From NCBI RefSeq assembly GCF_009914755.1, contig NC_060938.1: a DNA stretch of 64,000 nt, one strand, 5' to 3'. Position 1 is the stretch's first letter; each line of letters begins with the position of its first letter. Position numbers and translations under genes: made by a program. The notes beneath the pieces are model-generated. The model saw only the letters and a program-made list of their open reading frames with translations, was not told where the DNA came from and made no database searches. Below are positions 42,110-56,300 of the stretch, one piece after another. This DNA comes from the human T2T-CHM13v2.0 reference genome, Homo sapiens.

Positions 42110-43277
42110 GAAAAAGAGAAGGAGCAATTTCTGTCTGTTGAGATTTCCAAAAGATACTACTGTCTGCAGCTAACAAATCCCTTCCTAACAAGGGGTGGGC
42201 CATTCAAGAGAAAACCAAAGTCCTTGAAGAGCAGCTTAAAGGATAGGTAAAATGACATCTATGGGCTTTTCCATCTATTCCCCTGACCATACAGTTTTGG
42301 GGTAAGAGAGGCCCATTATAATGGGTCAAAACAGAATAAGCACTCCAGAAGGAGGTTAATATTCTTACCTGCCATGTCATTGGTTACCCAAGGCTCCTCT
42401 AGAGATATGCCTAGTTGTCCAATGGGAGCTGTGGTGGAAGATCTCAGGCCCCATCACTCTTGGACTTGCCTGGCTATTTCGGCCATCATTGGTTCAGATG
42501 CCAGTAGCTCCCTTCTAAGCACTGGGCAATCCCTCTTCCATGGCCAGTTTTCTAACAGTGTGCCCAAGGCATGAATTTCTTATAATTCATGCCCAAGGCA
42601 TGGTGACTCAGACACCCAGATTTGGCTTTCCCACCTTTCAGCTTCCCTTGTTCAGGCCAAGAGCCAGGAGGGCAGCCCCATGTGGGGGATGAGCTTAAGG
42701 ATAGAGCCAAGAGCTGCACCTTGTGGGAAGTCCTTCTTGTTCTTTCTGCCTCCTCTGCTTTGTCCCTGTTATTAAAAACTAAAATGCCATATACAAGAGC
42801 TGTTCCATAGAAGTATGGGGACCCATAGCTGCTTTTTATAGCTTCCTATGGATATCAGGGGAAGACTGGGTTATAAAATGTACTCCCAAAAGGGTCTGTC
42901 CTTCTCTTGAGGTAGGATCAGTGTTAGTATATTTCCTGATGGCCTCAACTAAACGCCCTTGAAACAAAGCTGGATTCACATCTTTGCCCTGAGAAACTTT
43001 CTTAACCTTCTCATAGTTAACAGGCTTTTGCATACATTCCTTCATCCCTTCCAACCAACAAGTGACCACATAATCTCTCCTCCCCAAGTCCTGATTGCCC
43101 CTTTGATAGTTCCACTTTGGGTCTTGATCTGGAACTGCAATACCTCTTGCCTGATAGTGTATATTATGGTTTGGGTTGTGAGCCAATACCTCATCTGCAT
43201 GGGTCCTAGCTGTCCCCAAAATGTGTTGTTTCTCTTCCACTGTACAACACAGAGACAACAAAACATGCAGATCCTGC
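42110..43277 (-). pseudogene. ERV gag (capsid/NC) and protease remnant, 5'-truncated
   Basis: Capsid WQDLHVLL..VPDQDPKW, major homology region QGKDVNPALFQGRL, degenerate CCHC knuckle near 42515-42565; protease AYSVL..GIDG..PLLGRDLL with the DTG catalytic motif missing. Confidence 0.88.
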
Positions 43278-43596
43278 CAAGGAAAGACCCCTTCTGCTTG
43301 AGAAGAGGAGAGAAAAGAATGAGTGAGACTTTATTTTGCAGCTTATGTACCAGCTTGAACGCAGTGGGGAAGAGCATCAAGTGGGCTCTTGGGGTCCCAG
43401 ATTGCAGGCTTTGGTTATTGGATGACATTTCTGAACCTATCCTGACCCAGAGGGAATCCTACTGTCCTGAAGGATGAGTTCTGGGCCTAGCAGCATTCAC
43501 CACAAGCTGAATGAAGAAACCTTGGGCCTTAAGAAAACATTGGAGGTACCCTGGTAGTACTTCCATAAGCATTAAGACCATCCAAGAAAACAAGAC

Positions 43597-43961
43597 TAAT
43601 ATGGTTTGGCTCTGTGTCCCCACCCAAATCTTATCTCAAATTGTAAACCCCAAGTGTCAATGGAGGGACCTGGTGGGAGGTGATTGGATTATGGGGGCAG
43701 TTTCCCCCATGCTGTTCTCATGATGGTGAGTGACTTCCCACAAGATCTGATGGTTTAAAAGTGTCTGGCAGTTCCCCCTCCCTCTCTCTCCTGCCACCTT
43801 GTGAAGAAGGTGCTTGTTTTCCCTTTGCCTTCCACCATGATTGTAAGTTTCCTGAGGCCTTCCCAGTCATGCAGAACTATGAGTCAAATAAACCTCTTTT
43901 GTTTATAAATTACCCAGTCTCAGATAGTATCTTTATAGCAGTGTGAAAACAGACTAATACA
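43597..43961 (+). mobile_element. THE1D-type solo LTR inside the L1
   Basis: TAATATGGTTTGGCTCTGTGTCCCCACCCAAATC...AGACTAATACA; 5-bp TSD A(A/T)GAC. Confidence 0.9.
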
Positions 43962-45572
43962 ATGACTTCACCAAACAAACTGAGCAAGAAACCAGGCACC
44001 AATCCCAGAGAGACAGAGATATGTCACCTTTCAGAAGCAGAATTCAAAATAGCTGCTTTGAGGAAACTCAAAGAAATTCAAGATAACACATAGAAAGAAT
44101 TCAGAATTCTATCAGATAAATTTAACAGAGAAATTTAAAAAATTAAAAAGAATCAAACAGAAATTCTGGTGTTGAAAAATGCAAATGACATACTGATGAA
44201 TGCATCACAGTCTCTTAATAGCAGAATTGATCAAGCATGAGAAACAACTAGTGAGCTTAAAGACAGGCTATTTGAAAATAGACAGAAGAGAAAAAAGAAG
44301 AAAAAAGAAGAAAATATGACTAAAGTTCTGGAAAATAGCCTCAAAACGGCAAATCTAAGAGTTACTGGTCTTAAAGAGAAGGTAGAGAGACAGAGGAATA
44401 GAAAATTTAAAGGGATAATAACAGAGAACTTCCAAACATAGACAAAGATACCAATATTCAAGTACAAGAAGGTTATAGAACACAAAGCAGATTTAACCCA
44501 AAGAAAACTACCTCAATGCATTTAATAATCAAACTCCCACAGGCCAAGGGTAAAGAAAGGTTCCTAAAAGCAGGAGGAGAAAAGAAACAAATAACATACA
44601 GTGGAGCTCCAATACATATGGCAGCAGACTTTTCAGTGTAAATCTTACAGGCCAGGAGAGAGTGGCATAATATATTCAAAGTACTAAAGAAAAAAACCCT
44701 TTTACCCTAGAATAGTTATCTGGCAAAGATATCCTTCAAACATACAGGAAAGATAAAGACTTTCCTAGACAAGAGAAGCTGAGGGTTTTCATAAATACCA
44801 TATCTGTCCTACAAGAAATGCTAAAGGTAGTTCTTCAATCTGAAAGAATAGGACATTAATGAGCAATAAGAAATCATCTGAAGGTACAAAACTTACTAGT
44901 AATAGTAAGTACACAGAAAAATATAGAATATAATAACATTGCAATTGTGCTGTGTAAACTACTCATATCTTAAATAGAAAGATGAAAGCATGAAACATTC
45001 TAAAAAGCTACAACAACTTTTCAAGACATAGACAGTACAATAATATATAAAATAGAAACAACAAAAAGTTAAAAAGCACAGAGATGCAGTTAAAATATAG
45101 AGTTTTTATTAGTTCTCTTTGGCTTATCTGTTTGTTTGCAATCAGTATTAATTTGTCATCAGCTTAAAATAATTGGTTATAATATATTATTCGCAAGCTT
45201 CATGGTAACCTCAAATCTAAAAACATTCAGCAGATACAAAACAAATAAAAAGCAAGAAATTAAAACATAACATCAGAAAAAAATCACCTATACTAAAAGA
45301 AAGACAGGAAGGAAGTAAAGAAGGAAGACAAACCAGAAAACACATAACAAAATGGCAGAAGTAAGTCCTTACTTATCAATACAACATTAAATGTACATGG
45401 AATAAACTCATCAGTCAGAAGACGTAGAGTGGCTGAAGGGATGATTAAAAAAAAAAACAAGATCCAATGATCTGTTGCCTATAAGAAACATATTTCACCT
45501 ATAAAGCACACACAGACTAAAAATAAGGGATAGAAAATGGTATTTCATACAAATGGAAAATAAAAAAAATAG

Positions 45573-45896
<324 letters not shown>

Positions 45897-45956
45897 AGAA
45901 ATAGCTATACTTACACAAAATAGACTTCAAGACAAAAACTATATAAAGAGACAAAG

Positions 45957-46320
<364 letters not shown>

Positions 46321-49157
46321 CTAATGATGCATACTGAAGAACTAGAAAAGCAAGAGAAAACAAAACCAAAATTTAGTGGATGAAAAGAATAATAAACATC
46401 ACAGCAGAAATAAATAAAATTGAAACAAAACAATTCAACAAATCAATGAAATAAAAAGTTGGCTATTTATGATGATAAACAAAATTGACAAATATAAAAA
46501 AGAGAGAACACCCAAATAAATAAAATCAGAGATGAAAAAGGATAAAGTATAACCAATACAGCAGAAATTCAAAGAATCATTAGAGGCTACTGAGAACAAC
46601 TACATATCAATAGATTGGAAAACCTAGAAGAAATAGATAAATGTCTAGACACATACGACCTGCAAATACATTAAACCATAAAGAAATCCAGAACTTGATA
46701 GACCAACAAGAAGTAATTAGAAGCAGTAACTAAAAAGTCTCCCAGCAAAAAACAGCTGGGACACAATGGCTTCACAGTTGAATTTTATTAAACATTTAAA
46801 GAACTAATACCAATCCTATTTAAACTATTCTTAAAAATAGAGGCAGAAGGAATCCTTCCAAACTCATTCTATGAGCACAATATTATTACTCTGATACCAA
46901 AACCAAACAAAGATGCATCGAAAAAAGAAAAAGGAAGGAAGGAAGCAAGCGAGCAAACTACAGGACAGTATCTCTGATGAACACTGATGTAAAAACCTTC
47001 AACAAAATACTAGCAAGAATAATTCAACAACACATTTAAAAGTCCATTCATCATGACCAAGTGGGATTTATCCCAGGGATCTGAGGATGGTTCAACATTT
47101 GCAAATCAATCAGTGTGATAAATCATACCAACACAATGAAGGAAAAAAAATTACATGATCATTTCAATTGATGCTGAAAATGCATTGGATAAAATTCAAC
47201 ATCCCTTCATGACAACAACCCTCAAAAAATTGGGCATAGAAGGAATACATGTCAACATAATAAAAACCATATATTATAGACCCACAGCTAGTACTATACC
47301 AAATGGGGAAAAACTGAAAGCCTTTCCTCTAAGGAAAAAAAAAACAAAACCTAGACTCCACCAAAAAACTATTAGAACTGAAAAACACATTCAGTAAAGT
47401 TCTAAGATACAAAATCAACATGTAAAAATCAGTAGCATTTTTATATGCCAACGGCAAACAATCTGAAAAAGAAATTAAGAAAGTAATCCTATTTATGATA
47501 ACTACAAATAAAATAAAATACCTAAGAATTAAGTAGAGAATAATAAGATCACTATGATGAAGACTATAATACATCAGTGAAAGAAACTACAGAGGACAGA
47601 GAAAAGTGGAAAGATATTCCATGTTCATAGATTGGAAGAATCAATATTGTTAAAATGTCCATACTACTGAAAGCCATCTGTGGATTCAACACAATGCCTA
47701 ACAAAATACCAATAACATTCTTCAAAGAAATAGAAAAAAAAATCCTAAAATTCATATGGAACCACAAAAGACCCAGAAAAGCCACAGCTGTCCTAAGCAA
47801 AAGGAAGAAAACTGTAGAAATCATATTAACTGACTTCAAATTATACAACAGAGCTACTATAACTAAAACAGCATGGTACTGGGATAAAAGCAAACACAGA
47901 AACCAATGGAACAGAATAGAGAATTCAGTAACACATCCATACATCTACAGTGAGCTCATTTGTTACAAAGATGCCAAGAACATACAATGAGGAAAAGACA
48001 GTCTCTTCAATAAATTGTGCTGGGAAAACTGGATATCCATATCCAAAAGAATGAAACTAGACCCCTATCTTTCACCATATCTAAAAATTAAATCAAAATG
48101 GATTAAAGACTTAAATCTATGTCCTTAACTTATGAATGTACTGAAAGAAAACATTGTGGAAATTCTCCAGAACCTTGGACTGGGCAGATTTCTTCAGTAA
48201 TACTCCATAAGCACAGGCAACCAAAGCAAAACTGGACAAATAGATCACGTTAAAAAGCTTCTTCACAGCAAAGGAAACAATAAACAAAGTGAAGAGAAAA
48301 CCCACAGAATTGGAGAAAATATTTGCAAATTACACATCTAACAAGGGATTAATAACCAGAATATATAAGGAGCTCAAATAACCCCATAGGAAAAAGTCTA
48401 ATAATTTGATTTAAAAAAATGGGCAAAAGATCTGAGTAGACATTTCTCAAAAGAAGACACACAAATGGCAAATAGGTGTATTAAAAGCTGATCAACCAGA
48501 GAAATGCAATGCTACAATGCAAAGCTACAATGCAATATCCTATCACCCCATTTAAAATGGCTTTTATCCAAAACACAGGCAATAACAAACACTGGTGAGG
48601 GTGTGGAGAGAAGGGAACCCTTGTATACTGTTGGTCGGAATGTAAATTAGTACAGCACTACGGAGAACAGTTTGGAGGCTCCTCAAAAAACTAAAAATAG
48701 AACTACCATATGATCTAGCACCCCCACTGCTGGGTATATACCCAAAAGAAAAGAAATCAGTATATCGAAGAGATATCTGCACTCCCATGTTTGTTGCAGC
48801 ACTGTTCACAATAGCCAAGTTTTGGAAGCAACCTAAGTGTCCATCAACAGCTGAATATAGATAAAGAAAATGTGGCATATACACACAATGTAGTACTATG
48901 CAGCCAAAAAAAAAAAAACCAAAAGAATGAGATCCAGACATTTGCAACAACATGGATAGAAGAGGAACTCATTATGTTACGTGAAATAAGCCAGTCATAG
49001 AAAGACAAGATGTTCTCACTTATTTGTGGGAGCTGAAAGTTAAAACAACTGAACTCATGGAGATAGAGAGTAGAATGATGTTACCAGAGGCTGGAATGGG
49101 TAGTGGGTGGATGGGAGGAAAAGTGAAGATGGTTAATGGTTACAAAAAAATAGTTAC

Positions 49158-49464
<307 letters not shown>

Positions 49465-50862
49465 TTAACATGACCTAGTATTTGATGGCACAACAGGGTG
49501 ACTATAGTCAGTAGTAATTTAATTGTACATTTTAAAATATCTAAAAGTATGATTGGATTGCTTATAATATAAAGGATAAATGCTTGAGGAGATAGATACC
49601 CCACTTACCCTGATGTGATTATTATACATTGTATGCCTGTACCAAAATATCCCAGAAACCCCATAATACATATACCTACTATATACCCACTGAAGTTAAA
49701 AATAAAATTCTTTTAAAAAAAGAACCATCCAAAATTACCCCGGTGATTTGTAGAATTTTAAAAAATAAATCAAATTCCTCTTTTCCCTCTTTTCTGCTAC
49801 TCTTCTCTCAGTACTTACTTCCCATGGGTATCAATTTCTACCACCAGAAAGGGAAGCAGCACACATTGCTTTAAATTAAGAACTCTGTAATATCATTATG
49901 CATTTAATCAGAAAAAGTCACTGAAGTGCTGGCGTAGAAAGAGCAGTTGGATATATGGGGTAATAGATGTCTCTTTAAGAAGGTAACTGTCAGTGCATGG
50001 GGATATGTCATCTGTTCAGCACAACATGACCCTACAAAGCAACATACAGTAAATACCAACCAAATGTTACAGCAATTGGTTGTAGGTTAGTATGGAAAAA
50101 GGAGAGTCATGTGGAGCTGGAACACATGAGGAGGATAACAGAGGGTGTAGGGTGGAAGACACTGCTTGAGGAGGGAGCTAGACATAGGATAAGATGTTCA
50201 GTTTATTTTATATGCTAGCAATCCAAGGGACACAGATGTTTTTCTTTATAATAAATGCTTTTCCCAAGTTCTCTTCCATTTGTTTAAATCTTGATTTTAT
50301 TGTCCTGTATTTCAAAGACATGATCTCAAATTTTTAGTTCTGAGAACAAAAGTCTTTATAACTCAATAGAGGAATACCTTTGCTCTTGATCCTCATTTAA
50401 AACAATGACTTTTGTTACTATATGGATGGCTATGTTTTGTCTTTATTATAGTCCTGGTCACTTGTATTAGTTTGACTTATTTTGGTAAGATATTAAATCT
50501 ATCTCTGGTCTTCTTTCATCAAAATTAGTCAGCTGTGTTTTTGACAAGCTGAAGCACACCTGAGGATTGAATAGTCCCACTGTCTGAAATCCAGACTAAA
50601 GTAGCAGTTTTCTAAATTAGGCATATTTTTTCTGAAGAGCCTTTAAGAAAATGAGAGAATGCTTAGATAATTTGAAATCCTGTGGCATCAATTATGAATT
50701 TATTTCTGGGGCATGGCTATTTGATTATGGAAAATACTGAGGTGCCTGTGCTTACAGAAGGATATTGGCACATTTGTTTTATAACATTTGCTCAAAAGCT
50801 GAAAATTCAAATCCTTTATATTCCATTTGATATCATAAAGCTGGTTTACCCTCCAGGTGTAG

Positions 50863-51198
<336 letters not shown>

Positions 51199-52692
51199 AG
51201 GGTATATTTTTTAATAATTACATTTGTTTAAGTCTTTTCTGCTGACAAACTTGTCCTGATTGAATTTTTGAATTTTTACAGTCCTTTCTTTCTCTCTCTC
51301 TTTCAATATTATCTGATCATCACCACTGTTACCAACCTCCATAAAATTGCTGGTTCAAAATTTAAAAGAGCCCTTTAAGGGAGCAAGCTGAGTAGAATGA
51401 CTCAGGAACCCAACAACAGAGATTTTTCAGCTTTGCAAAATTACCAAATCCAAATCTACTTTCATAGTTTTTTCACCAGAGCAAACATCCATTTTGTGAC
51501 TTTTTTTACAAACACTTTGAAGAAGCCAGCTTCACCTGAACGGCGGGGATAGGCCCATGTCAGGCACTTTTCTTTTCTCCCCACCTGCATCCCCACTCCC
51601 AACAGCCTACAGGGAGTCTTCCCAGAGTGTGATTTCAATAACAAGCCACTTGGTGACTCTCAGGTACAAACATGTTGCTATTTAAAAGCTGCCAGTCAGT
51701 CTCATTTTGTGGAGTTGCAAATCCAGGAGGCTGGATCTGATTTCTCCTGCTCACCTTTGCTGGCACAGGAGACTCTCTGCTGTGTACTATCACACTCTAC
51801 AATGGCCAACTAGGTCATTTGACATCCTAGTTTCTGAATTCTGAGCACTAGGAAACACTCTTTTTTCACACGAGAATGAGTACATAACTTCCTATCATGG
51901 GAAACTAACTTTCAAAGGACCCGTGTTACATATTACCCATGTAATGCTCTAAGTTATAATACAGTCCATAATCATACCTAACACGGTCACCGAGGTACCA
52001 GTTAAAAAAGGAAGCAAATTCCTGATCAGGGTCCAGTTCTCTGTATTACCTCTGTGTGCTATCATTAGGGGAAATCGGCCTCTTCTTATGTGCAGAATTA
52101 GCAATTTTAGCTTTTACTTGCAGCTTCCGTTCCAGATTGCGAGTTTCCTAAAGGACTGTGTCTCTGAACTTCTACAGATGACATTACTCTCTAGAGGACA
52201 AAAGTGTGAACACAGAACATACCCGAGTGAAATCAAATGTCAACTTCTAAAAGTGTTGGATGAATCAAGTACAACCTGATTCAGAGAGAAGAGACAGAAA
52301 ATGAATGACTTTTTCCAAGAGAAATTACTATAGCCTTGCTGGGTCATCTGAGTGTCTCTGGCTACTCAGTAGAATTGCTTCATTTGATTCCTTTAGAAAA
52401 AGATCACCTGACTGGAAGGCAAAATCTGTGAAATGCACCTCCCAGCTGGGGAATAAAAAAGACATTGCAGCAAGGCAGATGTTATTTTGGTGAGAACAGT
52501 TAAGTATTAAGAATTCAGTCTAACCACAGAGTAGCTATTTTCTCATTTGCAAAATGTATATAATGCTTTAAAGTCCTTTCTATCATATAGACAGTCATAT
52601 GTATTATTACAACATTTATTTTATTTTTTTCACAGCCTGAATTCACCATAAACACCTTGAAATCCCTCCTTTGAATAACCAAATGCTCCTCA

Positions 52693-53007
<315 letters not shown>

Positions 53008-53387
53008 TTATGGTCCATTGTAATGTGCTACAAAGCTACAGATCAGAATCAGCATGGAAGCTTTTCAAATACATGTCTGTTGAGCTTCTATATTTTTTCA
53101 GTCACCTCAGAAAACAGAAAAAGCTGAGACAATAGATTCAATTCAAAAAGTGAAGGGAAGAAATCCCTAAAATGACAAACTGTATGATCAAATTTAGATG
53201 TTGCCTTGGGGGTTGGGGAGGGAAGAACTCTCAAAAGAACTCTGGCTAAAAATACATTGTAATACAAGTCTATAAAAAATTCAAACTTAATATCGCACAT
53301 CATTATATTATATATTCAACTGCAGAGAAAAATTATTTACTTTTATTCTAGAAGACAGAAGAAAAAACGAGCCATAAAATGTGGTAT

Positions 53388-56300
53388 AGGAAGAGCCAAA
53401 ATGGTAGACTAGATGCAGCCAAGAAAAGCATCTCTCACCAACATACTAGAGCATCAAGAAGACTGGCACACTGTGAGGGGACCTTTCGAAGGATGGCATT
53501 GAGAATGGATGGAGGGAGGATGCAGACCCTGGGGTGAAGGGAGAGCAAGCTGGAAATCTTGCATGGGACTGCCAAGCACCAGTACTCATTCTTGGCCCCC
53601 AGCAGCTCCTGGGGAAGAGGTGAGTTAAACAGGTGTGGAGTGGACCATTCTTGCCATGGACCTCCAGAATCCTAGCTTCAGAAGACTGCACAACCCATGG
53701 ATATTCAGCTGACAGAGATTGCTGCTTGGAGAGGTGGCAGGGACAGAACACTAGCCTGAGCAGAGCCCAGAGAGTTTGGCTTGGGAAAGTCAGAGAATGG
53801 CTGGGGACACCCGTTCCCCAAGGCTCTCCATACTCTTCTTGGTGGCTTTGGTCTTTGCTGACTGTCACACCTGGACAGAGCAAGTCTGTCTTGCCCATGG
53901 AACAAGGGCAGTCTGATCTGAGTGAACCCTGTCTTCTAGCCTCCCGTGTGGTCCCTGCAAGCCCATGCCCACTTGCAGCACAGCCTTGAATGCCCAGATG
54001 GGCCATTTCCCAGCAACTGCTGCCAGAGCTCCTTCACCAGTAGACCCTGCTTAACCAATGGAGAGTTTCAGCAGACAAGCCCTCACCAACAGGCACCCAG
54101 CAGCAGCCTCTCCACACAGCTTTGCCAATGTACACTCCACCACAACGTCACCCCACCACTTTGTTGGTGCATGCATGTGCAAACCTCACCACCATGCTAT
54201 CAATGGCATGCATATGCACAAACCTTCCCATCGTCACCCCACCCACAGTATGCTGTCTTCAAGAGACCCATTTCACATGCAATGACATCCACAGGCTCAA
54301 AGTAAAGGGATGGAGAAAAATCTAACAAGCAAATGGAAAACAAACAAACAAACAAACACAGAGGTGGCTATTCTAATTTCAAAAAAAAAAACAGACTTTA
54401 AATCAAAAATAATGAAAAAGAAAAAGAAGGGCATTACATAATTATAAAAGCTTCAAATCAACAAGAAGACATAACTATCCTAAATATACACATACCCAAC
54501 ACTAAAGCACTCAAATTCATAGAACAAGTTCTTACAGCAGTGCAAAGAGACTTAGATAACCACCCTATAATAATGGGAGACTTCAACACCCCACTGATGG
54601 TATTAGACAGATAATTGAGGTGGAAAACTAACACAGATATTTAGGACCTAAATTCAACACTTGATCCAATGGACCTAAAAGGCATCTGCAGAACACTCTA
54701 CCCAACAACAATAGAATATACAATTCTCCTCATCTGCACATAACACATACTCTAAAACTGACCACACACTTGGCCATGAAACAATTCTCAACAAATTCAA
54801 AAAAACTGAAAACATATCAACCACACTTCCAGACCACAGCACAATAAAAATAGAAATTAATACTAAGATGCTTTCTAAAAATCATACAATTACATGGAAA
54901 TTAAACAACCTGCTCCTGAATAACTTCTGGGTAAACAATGAAATTAAGGCAAAAATCAAGAAATTCTTTGAAAGTAACAAAAAAAAAGAGACAATATACC
55001 CGAATCTCACGCCTAAGGCAGTGTTAAAAGAAAAGACCATAGTGCTAGATGCCCACATCAGAAGGTAGAAAGATCTCAAATTAACAATGTAATATCACAC
55101 CTAGAGGAACTAGAAAAACAAGAACAAACCAACTGCAAATCTAGCAGAAGAAAAGAAATAACCACAATCAGAGCTGAACTGAACAAAATTGAAACGTGAA
55201 AAAGCATGAAAGATCAACAAACCAAAAGTTTTTCCTTTGAAAGAATAAATAAAACTAACAGATCTCTAGCTATCCTAACAAAAAAAAGTGAGGGGAAGCT
55301 CCAAATAAACACATCAGAAATAACAAAGGAGACATTACCATTGACCCCACAGTAATATAAAAAACCCTCATAGGCTATTACAAACACTTTCATGCATACA
55401 AACTAGAAAATTTAGAAGAAATTGATAAATTCCTAGAAACATGCAACCTCCCAAAATTAAACCAGGAATAAATTGAAACACTGAACAGACCAATAACAAG
55501 TTTCAAAATTGAATAAGTAATAAAAAGCCCACCAACCAGAACCAGCACTGGACAAGACAGATTCATACCCAAATTCTACCAGACATATAAAGAAAAGCTG
55601 GTACCAATACTATTCCAAAAAAATGAGGGGGAGGAACTCCTCCCTAACTCATTCTATGAGGCTAGCATCATTCTGATACCAAAACCTGGCAGAAACAGTA
55701 CAAATAATGAAAACTGCAGGCCAACATTCCTGATGAACAGAGATGCAATAATCCTCAACAAAATACTAGCAAACCAAAACCAGCAGCACATCAAAAAGCT
55801 AATCCATCACAATCAAGCCTTCATTCCTGGGATGCAAGACTGGTTAAACACATGCAAATCAATAAATGTGATTCATTACATAAGCAGAACTAAAAATAAA
55901 AACTACATGACCATCTCAATAGATACAGAAAAGGCTTTTGGTAAAATTAAACATATTTTCATGTTAAAAACCCTCAACAAACTAGACATTAAAGGAAAAT
56001 ACCCCAAAATAATAAGAGCCACTTATGACAAACCCACAGCCAAAGTCATACTGACTAGGCAAAATGGGGAAGCATTTGGCTTGAGAACCAGAACAAGACA
56101 AGGATGCCTACTCTCACCACTCCTATTCACCACAGCACTGGAAGTGCTAGCCAGGGCAATCAGGCAAGAGAAAGAAGTAAAAGGCATCCAAACAGGGAGA
56201 GGAAGTCAAACTATCTCTTCCTAGATTATATGATTTTATACTTAGAAACCGTACAGTATCTGCCCAAAGTCTCCTAAAACTGATCAACCACTTCAGCAAA

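Noticed and set aside
42959-43477. 172-aa + strand ORF
   Set aside because: Antisense to the ERV gag remnant and runs across the ERV/L1 junction; a shadow ORF.
53446-54006. Longest ORF in the track (186 aa, - strand)
   Set aside because: Lies antisense within a GC-richer L1 5' UTR; no recognisable protein features.
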